From Octopus vulgaris (lineage: Eukaryota), in assembly GCA_951406725.2 (NCBI GenBank), contig OX597825.1, positions 44,888,001 to 44,952,000 of the forward strand: DNA of 64,000 bases, written 5' to 3'. Under the pieces are notes generated by a model, which made no database searches, had not been told where the DNA came from, and saw only the letters and a list, made by a program, of their open reading frames with translations. This document shows positions 50,701 through 63,430 of this stretch, one piece after another (within the stretch, counting starts at the first letter, position 1; every line of letters begins with the position of its first letter). The position numbers and the translations under genes are program-made.

Positions 50701-51855
50701 GCAAAAATACCTACTTCAGAAGCAAGGAAAACTGATACAAATAGCGGCAAAACACGAGCAAAACAAAAAACTGTTCTCAGTATTTAAGGAAGCTGACAAA
50801 TACAAACAAGAAATCATACCACCTAACGAAGAAGAAGAAGAAGAAGAAGAAGAAGAAGAAGAAGAAGAAGAAGAAGAAGAAGAAGAAGAAGAAGAAGAAG
50901 AAGAAGAAGAAGAAGAAGAAGAAGAAAAACAACAAAAGCTTTAAAACAAATGAAATCCAAACTAAAACTAGAACAGCAATGAACCATGATAAAACGATGG
51001 CAAGAAAAGCCCCTTCATGGCAAATACTGGACTAAACTAAATGCAAAAGAAATAGACAAAGAAAATTCCCAGCAATGGTTGAGAAGCTCAGGGCTCAAAG
51101 TAGAGACAGAGATTTTTAATTGCAGCACAAGACCAAAGCCTCCCCACCAGGAATTACCAAAAAACATGTAATGAAAAGAAATATAACAAGTAACTGCAGA
51201 ATATGTGGAGATGGACAAGAAACAATAAATCATATTATCTCTGGCTGCCCAGTCCTGGCTAAGAAGGAATATATTCACAGACACGACAAAGTTGGGACCT
51301 ACATACACTGGAAGCTATGCCAACATCATGGAATAACAACAGAAAAAAGATGGTATAGGCACACACCAGAAAAGATCACAGAAAACGAGAAAGCAACCAT
51401 ACTCTGGGATATGCCAATACACACAGATAGAGAAATTAAGGCCAACAGACCAGATATAGTTGTCAGAGATCATGAAGAAAAAATATGCTTTCTAATTGAT
51501 GTATCAATACTAGCAGATTTCTAAAAGAAATGGAGAAACTTTCAAAATACAAAGACCTGGAAATAGAGGTAACTAGAATGTGGAATCTAAAAACAGAAAC
51601 AATTCCTATCATAGTAGGTGCATTAGGCATGATAAAAAAATATTCAGACAAATACATAACAAAAACACCAGGACTTACAAACACATATAACATACAGAAA
51701 ATTGCACTACAAGGCACTGCACACATCCTACGCAGAACACTTTCAATACAGTAACCATCAGAGCATCACAATAAATCACAGCACATACCCAAGGTACACA
51801 GAGCTGCACTCGGTAGTGAAGTGAAAGCACGTTATAAAAATAAAACTACTGAATG
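47760..51855 (+). mobile_element. Near full-length R4/Dong-clade non-LTR element in a (TAA)n tract
   Basis: RT (NWKAPGHDKI, WIDYRKEFDSIPH, GIFQGD, YMDDLKLYA), KPLHGKY, CCHC CRICG..ETINHIISGC, RHD, REL nuclease RPDIVV..FLIDVSI..KLSKYKDL. (TAA)n on both sides; frameshifted. Confidence 0.95.
50828..50926 (+). repeat. (GAA)33 within the R4/Dong ORF
   Basis: 99-nt perfect run, read as poly-Glu in ORF 50138-50944. Confidence 0.97.
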
Positions 51856-51894
<39 letters not shown>

Positions 51895-52414
51895 GCAGTA
51901 TCAGGCAGTTGCTCTTGTGGCTTCTGATGTTAACTGATTGGAAGTGTTATCATGTACATTATTTTGTCTTGGTATAAAAGATGGACTACAGCAAATATTC
52001 TGCTCAATACCACAGATTTGCTTATCAGTTGTTTGACCTTAACCAGTTGAGCATGTCCCTTAGTGGCTGACGATATGTGCATCTCTGATCACAGGCAGAA
52101 GTAGTGGGGGAGCATCATCGCTATGTGTTGAGAGGGATTCTTTGGGGTTTGAATAATTCACCTCTGGAAACATGGGTGTTTCGTTCAACACCCTTAAACA
52201 ACCTTTATTAATTCAGGGACCTTTTGAGAAGGATGGGCCCCACCTGCAAGGTCATGTGCTGTTTATCTTGATATGGGATCACCATGTCACGCACATATGG
52301 TTGTGATGCATGTGCCTAGTGTACCCTTATCAGACGGGTAGTCATGATGGGTATACTGGGCTTCGTATATTTTACCCCAGTGTTACTTTGATGGCATGCA
52401 CTGCTCTCTCACTC

Positions 52415-52415
<1 letters not shown>
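51895..52415 (+). mobile_element. Non-coding (AAT)n-tailed repeat
   Basis: Third copy of the family; flanked by (AAT)n on both sides. Confidence 0.9.
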
Positions 52416-52451
<36 letters not shown>

Positions 52452-55400
52452 GAACACCCCTCCCACATGACGAGTGGTATGTGTTAGTTGTTACAAATAA
52501 TGTGACGTTGAGAAGTTGAGGAAGTTGGTCATAGATACTCGTGTCTTTACTTGTCTAACTAACTATACTGCTATACTGGAGTGTGCGTTATAACAGTCTG
52601 ACATTGGATTACAACAGTGGTGTTGAGGAATTAACAAACTCACAGGGAATTAACAAATGTACAAGAATTAAATGAAATCACAAAAGTTTTTTGTGCAAAT
52701 TTTATTGTATGCAAAATCGTAAAATCATGGAGATTTGTTGGCCAGTTTGCTCAAGTTGCAAAAATAGCAACAACAACTGCAAGAACAACAACAACAACAA
52801 TTACTATTACAGCAACAAATGCAACAATTAATGAAGAGCAAGTCATCCAAAAATACTGAAAAGATGCTGTTGCCAGATTATGTTGCAAACTCAATAATGG
52901 AATTTATGTATGAACCAGACAAAGGAGTTACCTTCAAGGCATACTATAGAAGATCCAAACAGATTTTCAATAAAGAGTGCAAAGATGATATGAAAATATG
53001 TCTAATCCTAAGAAAACTGGCAGCATGAGAACATGAGCATTACAGCAATTACGTACTCTCAGACAAACCATCTGATATAAACTTTAAAAATATTGTGTAA
53101 AATTTTTAGCGAGAAAAGCTTGTTGTTCAATACACACTAGAAATGTCTGAACCTAGAAAAGAACAATGAGGACTACATCACACATGCTGGTAGAGTTAAC
53201 AGAGAATGTGAAAAGTTCAAACTGGATGAGTTAACGCCAGGCATGTTCAAGTACCTGTTATTTACTCAGGGAGTAACTGCAGAGACAGACACAGAGATAA
53301 GAATGAGAATTCTTGCTAAGCTGGGAAAAAACCAAGCTGTAACCTTACAAGTATCAGAAGAGTGTGAAAGAATAGTAAATTTAAGACACAAATCAGAGAA
53401 AATTGAACACAAAGATTGCTCCCAAGCAAAGCAAGTACAAAACAGGGAGAATAGAAATCAAATGTCAACTAAAATACAGTACAAACAGGACAAAATCCAG
53501 GAAATAAACCCATGTTTTGCATGTGGAGGTCTGTGGAAAAATTGGACACATAAAAGCGCACTGTAAAACCAAAATAACAAAACATTGGAACAAAGAAAGA
53601 GGAATAAGCAAGATGTCATTGAAAGAAAATGGTAATATGATAAAGAGGAAATTCGTAAATGTGAAAATTAAAGTATAAGAGTAAAAATGCAGTTAGTACT
53701 GGAAGTGATATTAACATTGTGAATGGAGAAACTTGGAAGTATATTGGTAAGCCAAAATTAAGTAAATCTACAAAAGTAACACACAGTGTTATGAGTAAAA
53801 GATTGTATTTTGTAGGTGAATTTGTGTGTAATGTGACATTTTGTGACCAAATGAAAATGGCAAAAAAATTCAGTTGATCTATTTAACACGGGGTGGATGG
53901 AACTGTTCAAATTGTGGAATATGCCCATAAGTGTTTTTTGTGTGTGAATATAGTCAGTTCAGTTGAAGTTTCAAATGTGGCTGAGGGACTGAAACAAAAA
54001 TAGAACATTTATTTCCAGATGCTTTCTCTGATGACCTGGGCTGCTGCACAAAAACGAAGGCAAAAATTGTAGTAACACAAAGTGCAATACTGGTATTTAA
54101 GCCAAGACATAATGTACCATTTGTGGCACTAGTGTGACACTAGAACAGGTAAATAAGGAACTTGAAAGACTTGAAAGCCTAGGAATAATCGAGAAGAAGA
54201 ACTATTGAGATTGGGCAGCACCTACAGTCTACGTAAAAAAGAAAAATAGTAAATCAAGGGTTTGTGCAGATTTTTCAACAGGGTTAAACAATTGCTTAAT
54301 GTTACATAACTACCCATTACCGAGTCCCGAGGAAGCATTTGCTAAAGTGAATGGAGGGAAATTCTTCACAAAATTAGTTCTTATGGAGGTATATTTACAA
54401 ATTCAAGTAGAAGAAGAAGGCTTACACTTATTAGCCATTAATACATGCTGTGGCTTATTTAAATTTAAGTGGTTTCCCTTTGGTGTAAAAGTGGCCCCGT
54501 CTATATTTCAACAAATAACGGATACAATGCTAGCAGACAGTGATTTTGCTATTGCCTATTTAGACGATATCCTAATAAAAAGCAAATCACACAAAAAACA
54601 TATAGAGCACATAAAAAGAGTATTTAAAATAAGAGAATATGGTTTAAAATAAAATGAAGAAAAATGTGAATTCTTTCTGAAAAATTGAATACTTGGGCCA
54701 GATAATAGATAAAAACAGATGGAAACAATTGTGATAAGAAATATGCCCATGCTGAATAATGTAACTATGCTACAATCCTTTTTGGGATTAGTAAATTACT
54801 ATCAAGTTTATATTCCTAATATACATAATGTAAGAGCCCCACCAAATGATTTGTTAAAGAGAAATGCAAAATGGTGCTGGAGTGATAAGTGTCAGAAGGT
54901 ATTTGATGAATTAAAAAACATTTTAACATCAAACTTATCGTTAATGCATTTTGATCCAAAGCCAAATATTTTATTGGCTACAGATGCGAATTATTATGGT
55001 GTAGAAGCACTGCTTCTGCACAAATATGATGATGGGAATGAAAAGGCTATAGCCCATGCATCACGATAGTTATTATCATAAGAAAGGAACTATATCCAGA
55101 TAGAAAGGGAAGTATTAGCAATCATATTCAGTGTGAAAAAAATGCATAGATTTATTCATAGAAGAGGTTTCCATCTACAAATGGATCATTGCCTGCTACT
55201 GTCGATTTCAGTTCTAAAAGAGGAATACCAACACACAGTGAATAGACTACAGCAATGGGACACTACATTATTGAATTCTGATTATAAAATAGAATATTTA
55301 CTGTCAAAAAAACTAGGGTGTGCAGATGGTTTGTCCAGACTAATACTGAAATACTGTGAGCCATTCAAAGATATGGTAATCACAGCATTAAGATCAGAAA

Positions 55401-56869
55401 GAGAAATAAAAAATGCAATGAGGAATGTGATATGCAAATCATCGATGACCCTTGAAGACATAAAACAAAATGTGATAAAGGACAAATTCATAACAGAAAT
55501 GAAAGGAATACTGTGGACAGGAAAAGTAAATAGGAACAGGATTGGTGCAAAATGAAACCATCATGTGAACCTAAACTCAATTTTTGATGGTGTACTGATG
55601 TATACACAGAAAGTAGTAATACTTGAAACACTGCAAAAGAAAAATTCTGAGTGAATTCCATGTTGGACATCCTGGTATTTTGAGGATGAAAGCTTTAATG
55701 CGTAGCTATGTGTACTGGCCAAAAATGGATAGAAAATCGAAAATTTAGTGAAAGGCTGTAGAGGATGTGCCCCAGCAGCAAAATGATGATAAAAAGTGAA
55801 CCTTGGCCACATTGATTTCACTAGTCCCTTAAACAATTCATGCTACTTAGTGCAAGCAGATAGTTTCATTAAATGGCCAGAAATTTGTATATGTAAAAAG
55901 CCAACCTTCTCAGCTATGATAAACTTCCTACATGAGCTGTTTGTGAGATTTGGAATGCAATTTGTGTCTTTTGAGTTTAAAAAGTTCTGTAAAACATTCA
56001 CTGTAGAACATGTAACTATTGTGCCATATCACCCCAGATCTAACAAAAAAGTAAAACACTTAGTCAATACGTTCAAAAGAGCCTTAAGAAAATCAAATAA
56101 GGAAGTCATGGATGAGGTAGCTCTACAACGATTCCTAAGAGTATACTGGGTGACACTAAATCCAAATACACCAGCAGGTATGTCACCAGCAGAGCTGATG
56201 CTTGCAAAGAAAATAAAATCAGTCTTCGACAAATTGCTAACTCATAAGTATAGGAAAATTGTAAGGGATAATACAGGAAGATATTTCAAAATTAGTGAAA
56301 GTTTATTTGTTAGGGCATATAAGAACGGAAAACAAAGTTGGGAAGATGGTGTGATTATCAAAAGCATAGGAAAAATGTTATACTTGGTACAAGAAAGAAA
56401 ATGGATATACAAGAAACACACGAATCAACTAAAAAAAAGATTTGTTGAGAGCGAACCTGAAAGAATGGAAGAACCAATGGAATGGCTATATGATACTTTT
56501 TAAGTACCAACACTGCTACAAATAATTGAACCCAGTTACACAAGCAAAGAAAAAAGAAAATGTACAGAGTTCCTGGAAGTGGATGCCAAATGAAAAAAAA
56601 TATTAAATTTGTAACTGTATGAAAAAAAATTTCAAAAAAAGAGGTGGAGTGATGTAAAAAATTATTGGTAATAGAAAGAAAATTACACTTCCTAAGAAAA
56701 ATTAAAACATAAAAAGGGGTGATGTTATGGGGATAATAATAATAATGGAACTCCCATGCAACGAGTGGTATGTGATAGTTGTTACAAATACTGTGACATC
56801 GAGAAGTCGGTCATAGATAGTCGTGTCTTTACTTGTCTAACTAACTATACTGCCATACTGGAGTGGATG

Positions 56870-57275
56870 TCATTCCTAAGGTATGTTGCTGCTGTTAATT
56901 TTCTGTGAACTAAGAATCCAAGGGTTAGTAGCCAATGCTCTTATCTATGTTATATGCTCTGGGCATATAATTTTAAAATGTAGTGGATAAGTGCATGGGC
57001 TACTAACCCTTGGGTTCTAAGTTCAATCCCAGGCAGGGACCTGAAAAATAATATCAACAGAAAAATAACACCAGCAACATACCTTAGGAATGAGAACAGT
57101 GTACCCCATTAGTCAAATAAAGGGTTGGGTTCGAAATCCCACCAGAACACCCTGATGAAAGCTGGAGAGTACATCAGCTGAAACGTTGTGATAACAACAA
57201 ACAAGGTGAGGACATCTATCTGTCCATTGTAAATAATGTACATAATTCCTCACCACCTCAAAAATATAGAATAGT
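56870..57275 (+). mobile_element. Fold-back element: inverted 5' duplication, tRNA-like head and hammerhead tail
   Basis: Inverted arms about ttatatgctc-t-gggcatataa (centre 56960); tRNA-like segment tgtagtggataag...gttcaatccc (56979-57030); HHR at 57146-57192. Confidence 0.75.
57146..57192 (+). ncRNA. Minimal type I hammerhead
   Basis: aacac(c)-CTGATGA-a-agctg gagagtacat cagct-GAAA-CG-TT-gtgat. Canonical core and palindromic ACGT stem III. Confidence 0.8.
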
Positions 57276-57399
57276 ATGAAATGCCTTTTTTTTAGTTATG
57301 ATAACTTATTTAGTTGCTGAAAATGAGTAAAGGAAAATCCTACTGTTAGGTATACGAATAGATTAAACATACAAGGATGATCTGTACCCAGAGCTAAAT

Positions 57400-57630
57400 T
57401 ATTTTCAACAACACAATTGTGACAGCAAGTAACATTTGTTGAACAGAGGGAGAAAGTTATTGAATGTAACTTTATCCCAAGAAGAGGTGAAATCCACTTT
57501 ATTTCAAACAGTGCAGACAAAAGGAAGAATGATGCAAGAATACCACATGCTTTCACAGTTAACAACATTCCTACAGCTATACCCTCTATCAGCCAGTCCA
57601 TATTGTAAGCAAAGACAACTGCTACTACTA

Positions 57631-57677
<47 letters not shown>

Positions 57678-58868
57678 TAATAACTAGTAGGTACAACATT
57701 AATATATTCCTGCTTATTACATTGCAGTGGTTAATCAGGAATATATATTAATGAAATATGCCTTTATTAGAAAATTTCAAGAGAAAATAATTTTAGCTTT
57801 AGAATATTCTCTTGAAGAGATTATTCTAAAAAAGTAAACAAAAGTAAGCAAAAGACCAACGGAGATAGTATTAAGAACAACTGATGAAATTGGAGAATAT
57901 TTACAACCCTCATACTAACAAATTAATATCTGTTTATATGCCTAGTCAACCACTTGTCACCCATACATGAAAGGTACTCAGGAAGTAGACAAAACCAAAA
58001 CAATGGAAAAAGTATTATCATAGGTTTTGAAAACTGAGAGAAAGATTGCTATTTTATGGAAGATAATCGGTCATGTTTGAATGGTTATTGCATGCAAACA
58101 AGCAAATCACTACATGCCTCGTCAACAAAATGTGAAGAAGATAGAAACAGTATAACAAGAAATCTTGATTACAAATTCACTGCCCTAAAACAGGAACTAA
58201 AAGCTGTCAATGAAAAACTCCAACATCAGAAGATAGTAACTGAAAGAAAAATAATTAACATCAAATTTAACTAAAAAATAAGCAGCAGTTTTTGAAGACA
58301 GAAGTAAAACAATAAATATCATAGAGACTCCTTCTGACAAGATACAGATTCCTTCAGTAGGAAAATCTTGAGCAAGGATGCTCTGTATCTGGAGGAAATC
58401 CAAAGACATTGTCCCTGCTTTACACCCAAGACAGCATCAATACTTGCTGTAATTTGAAAACTTTATGGTGGAAAGCTGCCAGGAAAAACTTAATTGTTAG
58501 ATACAAGAAGCTGACCTCCTACTCAACAGGTTGATAATGGGGATATTAGCAGACCAAAATTGTTAGCTCTGGCAGAAATAAAACAGATCCCTCCAAACAG
58601 AACCACTCACATGGCAAAAACAGGGAAGTAGAAGTTTTACATTGATTCAGACAGCTGTTAAATGTCACATTGTATCTCTTTCGCAACAGGTTTAAAACTT
58701 ATGTTGAAATGCATCCATAGACCAAGTTTGGATGAAAGAAAGAGTACAAATGTCAACATAAAGTGAAAGATCAGTGAAAAAGAAAACACCTACACTGACC
58801 TATTGAGAAATTTACAGATACTCTACTCAGATTACAAGTTTAAATTTATACCTATATTTATTGTGGCA
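57400..58868 (+). mobile_element. Deleted and decayed R4/Dong-like element related to 45785-47313
   Basis: The 3' part KISEKENTYTDLLRNLQILYSDYKFKFIPI matches ~47200-47305; a WWKAA motif lies near 58470. 5' limit uncertain. Confidence 0.6.
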
Positions 58869-59600
58869 CATGCCAATGATATGCTCCCAGTTGATATCAT
58901 GTGCCTCAAAAAACTTGTCCACTATGTTCAATATTTCCTTTGTAGTTGTTTCAGTGCTGAGAGTTTTGCAAAACAGAAATTCATCCTCCAGGTGATTGTT
59001 ATGTACATAACATACATAGATGCAAAGTTGGGCTAAGTTGGCAACAGCTGTTGTTTCATGAAGCTGGATTGGGAAAAAGTTCAAAAGTGAATTGTGAATC
59101 TTAAAGATCAACTGTGACAGAATGTTATAAGCTCAGATATTCACCTGCTAATAGTATCATTTGAGAGAGACATGCTTTGGCTTCTGAAGTTCAGAACTTC
59201 CTAGCACATTGGATATGATACCTTTGCAGCAAGGCTATATAGACTCTTTGCCAATATTGTGAGGTTTTTTGGCAACAGTTATTTTCTTTGAAATCTCACA
59301 GGATGCTTTCATACCAGCTGTAATATCTAGTAAAACATTCCTGTATCATCAAGTCTGGATTTTGTCAATCTGTCGGCTTCATGTCTGAAGAAGTCAGCAT
59401 CTTTATATATTGAACTAGGATGTTTCATTTCAAAGTGCCTCTTTAACTTGATGGGCTTTAGTGAAGTAGATGCCAAAACCTCAGACACACTGTGGTTTTC
59501 TTTTCCATCAGACTTTATCACAGTAAAACCGAATTTTAAATAAGATTCATCATATCTCACTTTCTTTTTTGGAGGCATTATATAAAAAAATAAAATTCAG
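58869..59600 (-). mobile_element. hAT (Buster/ZBED5-like) transposase 5' fragment
   Basis: YDESYLKFGFT..LKPIKLKRHFEMKH, LSNDTISR and IQLHETTAVANLAQL..EDEFLFCKTL. Confidence 0.9.
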
Positions 59601-61805
59601 TAAACCAATTTAAGATAACTACATTGTATATTTGTTTCACATTTATCTTATATTATGGGTGTGCATATATGTCTTAGTGTAGCTAGCTTTTGGGTGCACT
59701 AATTAACAATAAAGCTTACCTCTCACTATTAACTATGGAAGAATCCAAAGTGCACATTAGCATTGTTTTGTCTATAGATAAAACTCCATAAATTGATAAC
59801 CATTGAGAAGACAGTTCTGTTGGAACAAATTGCCATGAAAACAACCATGCCTTATAAAGCCCAGCCATCTTGCAAGATGAGAATGGTTGTCTGGTGAAGG
59901 GCAAGGTCATGTGGGAACATGTACCGATGAAGTTTTAATGACAGCAAGAGACATGCAAACATGTGGATTGCAATATTGGAGTCGTGAATCATGTGAGCAT
60001 AGAATACTGACAGCACATGCACAATCAACTGTTATACCTGCATATTTTCTATCAGCCAGTCACACTTGTGGTACAACAAGTGTGATTAGCAAATAAGGCA
60101 ATATTTCCCCATGACCAAACCTGTTTTTATGGAAGATTGGAAATGTACATTATTTACAGGTCAGTGATACTCATGTTTAGCTATCACTTGATGTCAAGGC
60201 AAGGAGACTCAAATACACACACACAAATGTGCACATAAATACATACATATTTGATTAAAGTGGGGGTCTATTGAGGATCAAGGCATATCAAAATAAAGCA
60301 CACCACAATCAATGGCCAGCCAGAATGAAGCAAAGCAGGCAGTTAAGTAATTCATTAATATAGAATGGAATGCATTAATGAAGATATGTTCACTTGCTTG
60401 GTAATCCACACCTCCAATAGCACTCAAAAGTATCCAAAGATGGATAGAACATTAAGTATAAGCATAAAACAGATGAGTGGGTTATCTGGTACTGATACAA
60501 ATGTTTCCTTAAGAGTCTTTATTACAACATAAACATACTACACTCAGTTATGTAGTCAGCACAACATCCATAAGAATATGTATTGTTATGAAACTCTCAA
60601 CTCATCAGGTTCACCAAATATACAAGTAAGTGGTAATACGCTGATTACTCAACAGATCAAGTAAAATTTCTAAATCAGAATTACCAACACTTAAGAAATG
60701 TGAAATGGGTGGGACTACAATATGTTAATCACATAAATAGATAGCAGAATAAAGATCTAAATTATAGAGTAATTAAAAGGCATCTATTCTAAAGATGTCA
60801 TTATACTTCACAACCTCACTCATAAAGGATGATACTGGCAAAACAAGTTTATGTACGAGCAGATAGCAAGCATCAAGCATAACATTTGACCTCATCAAAA
60901 CATATTTGAAGACAGTTAACCAACATTATTCTAAAAAGCCATTTACTTTATGTTGTTTAGTACATCCAAGAAATAACATGGTTAATAAATTTCAACATTA
61001 CTTATTCATTTACTTAGTTCCTCTTAATTAAATGCTCTGACTGCTTATTGAAGAACTAATAGAATACTAAGGTAGATCTGGCTAATTCATAAAAAATAAT
61101 TTGAGAAAAAATCCAGAGAAAAGTGAAGGTCACAGCAAAATTTCAGAGAATTGGGAGGGAAAAGAAGTAGAGAAAAGAAAAATAAGTGAAATAATTAATA
61201 AATAGAAATATCCATAATTAAAGTGCCAGCGATCATAACCTATAAATACTTAAACAGAAACAAAATACGATAGTTGTAATAGAGAAAGGAGACAACACAG
61301 TTGACAGGAAGATGACATTGTCATAAACAAATAAATAAAGGTGTATACTAGACTAATGAAAGTAATTTAGGCAATAATCAATGTCACCACAAAGATACAA
61401 ATATTTAAATTTATGTTAGTTAAATATCAAAATTTAGAGAGATCAGTCATATAGCTATAATGAAGTTACAAGTTGAAAGACTAGGATTAATAGAGAAGGA
61501 AAAACAACTTTAAAAAGAAAAATGAAAACCATGAATTTCAACATTTCTATCAACCAGTATTGTCACATAATTATTGATAAATTAGATCACCACTATAATA
61601 ATATAGAATTGTGAAGAGTTTTAAGAAAATGTTAAAAGAACTTATAAGAATTATAAATAACTATAAAGACCAGCAATGTTAATAAACGTTGAAAGAATTT
61701 ATAGGATTATAACAAATTATAAAGTATTATAAAGGCCATAACTAAGGAGAGTGAAGCAATTATCATAAAGATATCACTTAAAGATAGAAGCAAATTGAAT
61801 AAATT

Positions 61806-62430
61806 ATCATCATCATCATCATTTAACGTCCGCTTTCCATGCTGGCATGGGTTGGACAATTTGACTGAGGACTGGCGAGCCTGATGGCTGCACCAGGCTG
61901 CAATCTGATCTGGCAGAGTTTCTACAGCTTGATGCCCTTCCTAACGCCAACCACTCTGAGAGTGTAGTGTGTGCTTTGACGTGCCACCGGCACATGGGCC
62001 AGTCAGGCAGTACTGGCAATGGCCACACTCAAACAGTGTTTTTTATGTGCTACCTGCACAGGAGCCAGTCCAGCAGCACTGGCAACGACCTCGTTCGAAT
62101 ATTGTTTTTCACATGCCAGTAAAGCGACGCTGGTAACGATCACGCTCAAATGGTGCTTTTTACATACCACTAGCATGGGAGCCAGTCAGTGGCCCTGGCA
62201 GTGATCATGCTTGGATGGTGCTCATAGAGCTCCACTAGCACGGATGCCAGTCATGCAGTGCTGTCATCAAATTTGATTTCAATTTCGATTTCCCTTGCCT
62301 CAACAGGTCTTCACAAGCAGAGTTTAGTGTCCAATGAAGGAAAGGTACACATAAGTGGGTTAGTTACACTTGGCTTGCCGGGTCTTCTCAAGCACAGTAT
62401 ATTTCCAATGGTCTCAGTCACTAGCCATTG
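61806..62430 (-). mobile_element. LINE 3' UTR with (GAT)n tail, related to the tail of 16545-17775
   Basis: Shares ctgtgcttgagaagacc and gaagacctgttgag..aag.gaaatcgaaat with 17490-17775; ends in (atc)n on +. Confidence 0.75.
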
Positions 62431-62533
62431 CCTAAAATCAGTCATTGGTTACAGTCATTAGAACCAAGGGTACACAAAAGTAGCTTAAACATGATCAGTT
62501 ATACAAACATGCACACACGCACACACACACACA

Positions 62534-62572
<39 letters not shown>

Positions 62573-63430
62573 GGTTATGGAGCTAGAGGGGATGACAATG
62601 ATTTTGATGACGATAAATATTAAAGATTATTCATTTTTAAAGAATACTATTCAGATGAAAATATAATAACTTTCCCAACAGGGTGGTCATATTAGAAAGT
62701 GTCTTGGTTTATATAGTGACCATTTGAGCAATACTCTGTCATCTTAGCCATCTTATAATATATATCACAAGGAAAACATCAACAATGGTGAAACTTACAA
62801 GATTAAGTCATCTCTTCAATTCCAGAAAAAATATATCCAAAGAGTTCACTCCATTAATATTTTATTTATTGACCAAACCCAACAACTCCAACATCATATC
62901 CATACAAATGTTAGTCCTACTGAGCTCAACATCACACCACCACATCCACTGACATCAAATTTATCCACCATTAACATCACTATCATCACATCTAGGAACT
63001 TCACCCATCACCTCACCACTTTCTACATATTTACAATTCACGACAGACTCTTACCTTGATGTCATAGCCAATGCCATGAGCTCGGCACATTTGGAAAAAT
63101 ACACTATAGTGGATGATTGATAAATTCGAATGATACAACTTTGTACTCAACACACCATACCGGTACTGCTTCTGAAAATCAATTATACAATATTTTAGAA
63201 ATTTTTTACAGCAAGCAGTGATAAATAAGTTTTTAGTAACTATAAATTTAAGGCAGTGTTTTTCACTCCAATCAAGTTAGCATACCAATCATGCATGCGT
63301 GCACATATATCCAGAAAGATATGCATGCATACATGTGCTTATTTTAGTTACAAATCTATATGCATATATAAGTGTGTGCATTAGTTAATGTAGATTTGTA
63401 CATCATAAATACAATATGTCTAAGTACATA

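Larger units (their letters stand above)
47314..56865 (+). mobile_element. Gypsy LTR retrotransposon (Mag/K02A2.6-like) with a split 5' LTR (47314-47340 plus ~52440-52616), internal region 52617-56722 and 3' LTR 56723-56865
   Basis: LTR copies match. PBS-like tggtgttgagg at 52618; PPT aaaaagggg at 56711; gag EFMYEPDKGVTFKAYYRR; RT YLDDILI; RNase H ATDANYYGV; integrase HIDFTSP, DSFIKWPE, PYHPRSN. Many stops. Confidence 0.92.

Noticed and set aside
47352-52415. Direct repeats flanking an RT, as if an LTR element
   Set aside because: The internal element is a non-LTR R4/Dong with an REL nuclease. The repeats lack TG..CA ends, differ in 5' extent and also occur at 27690.
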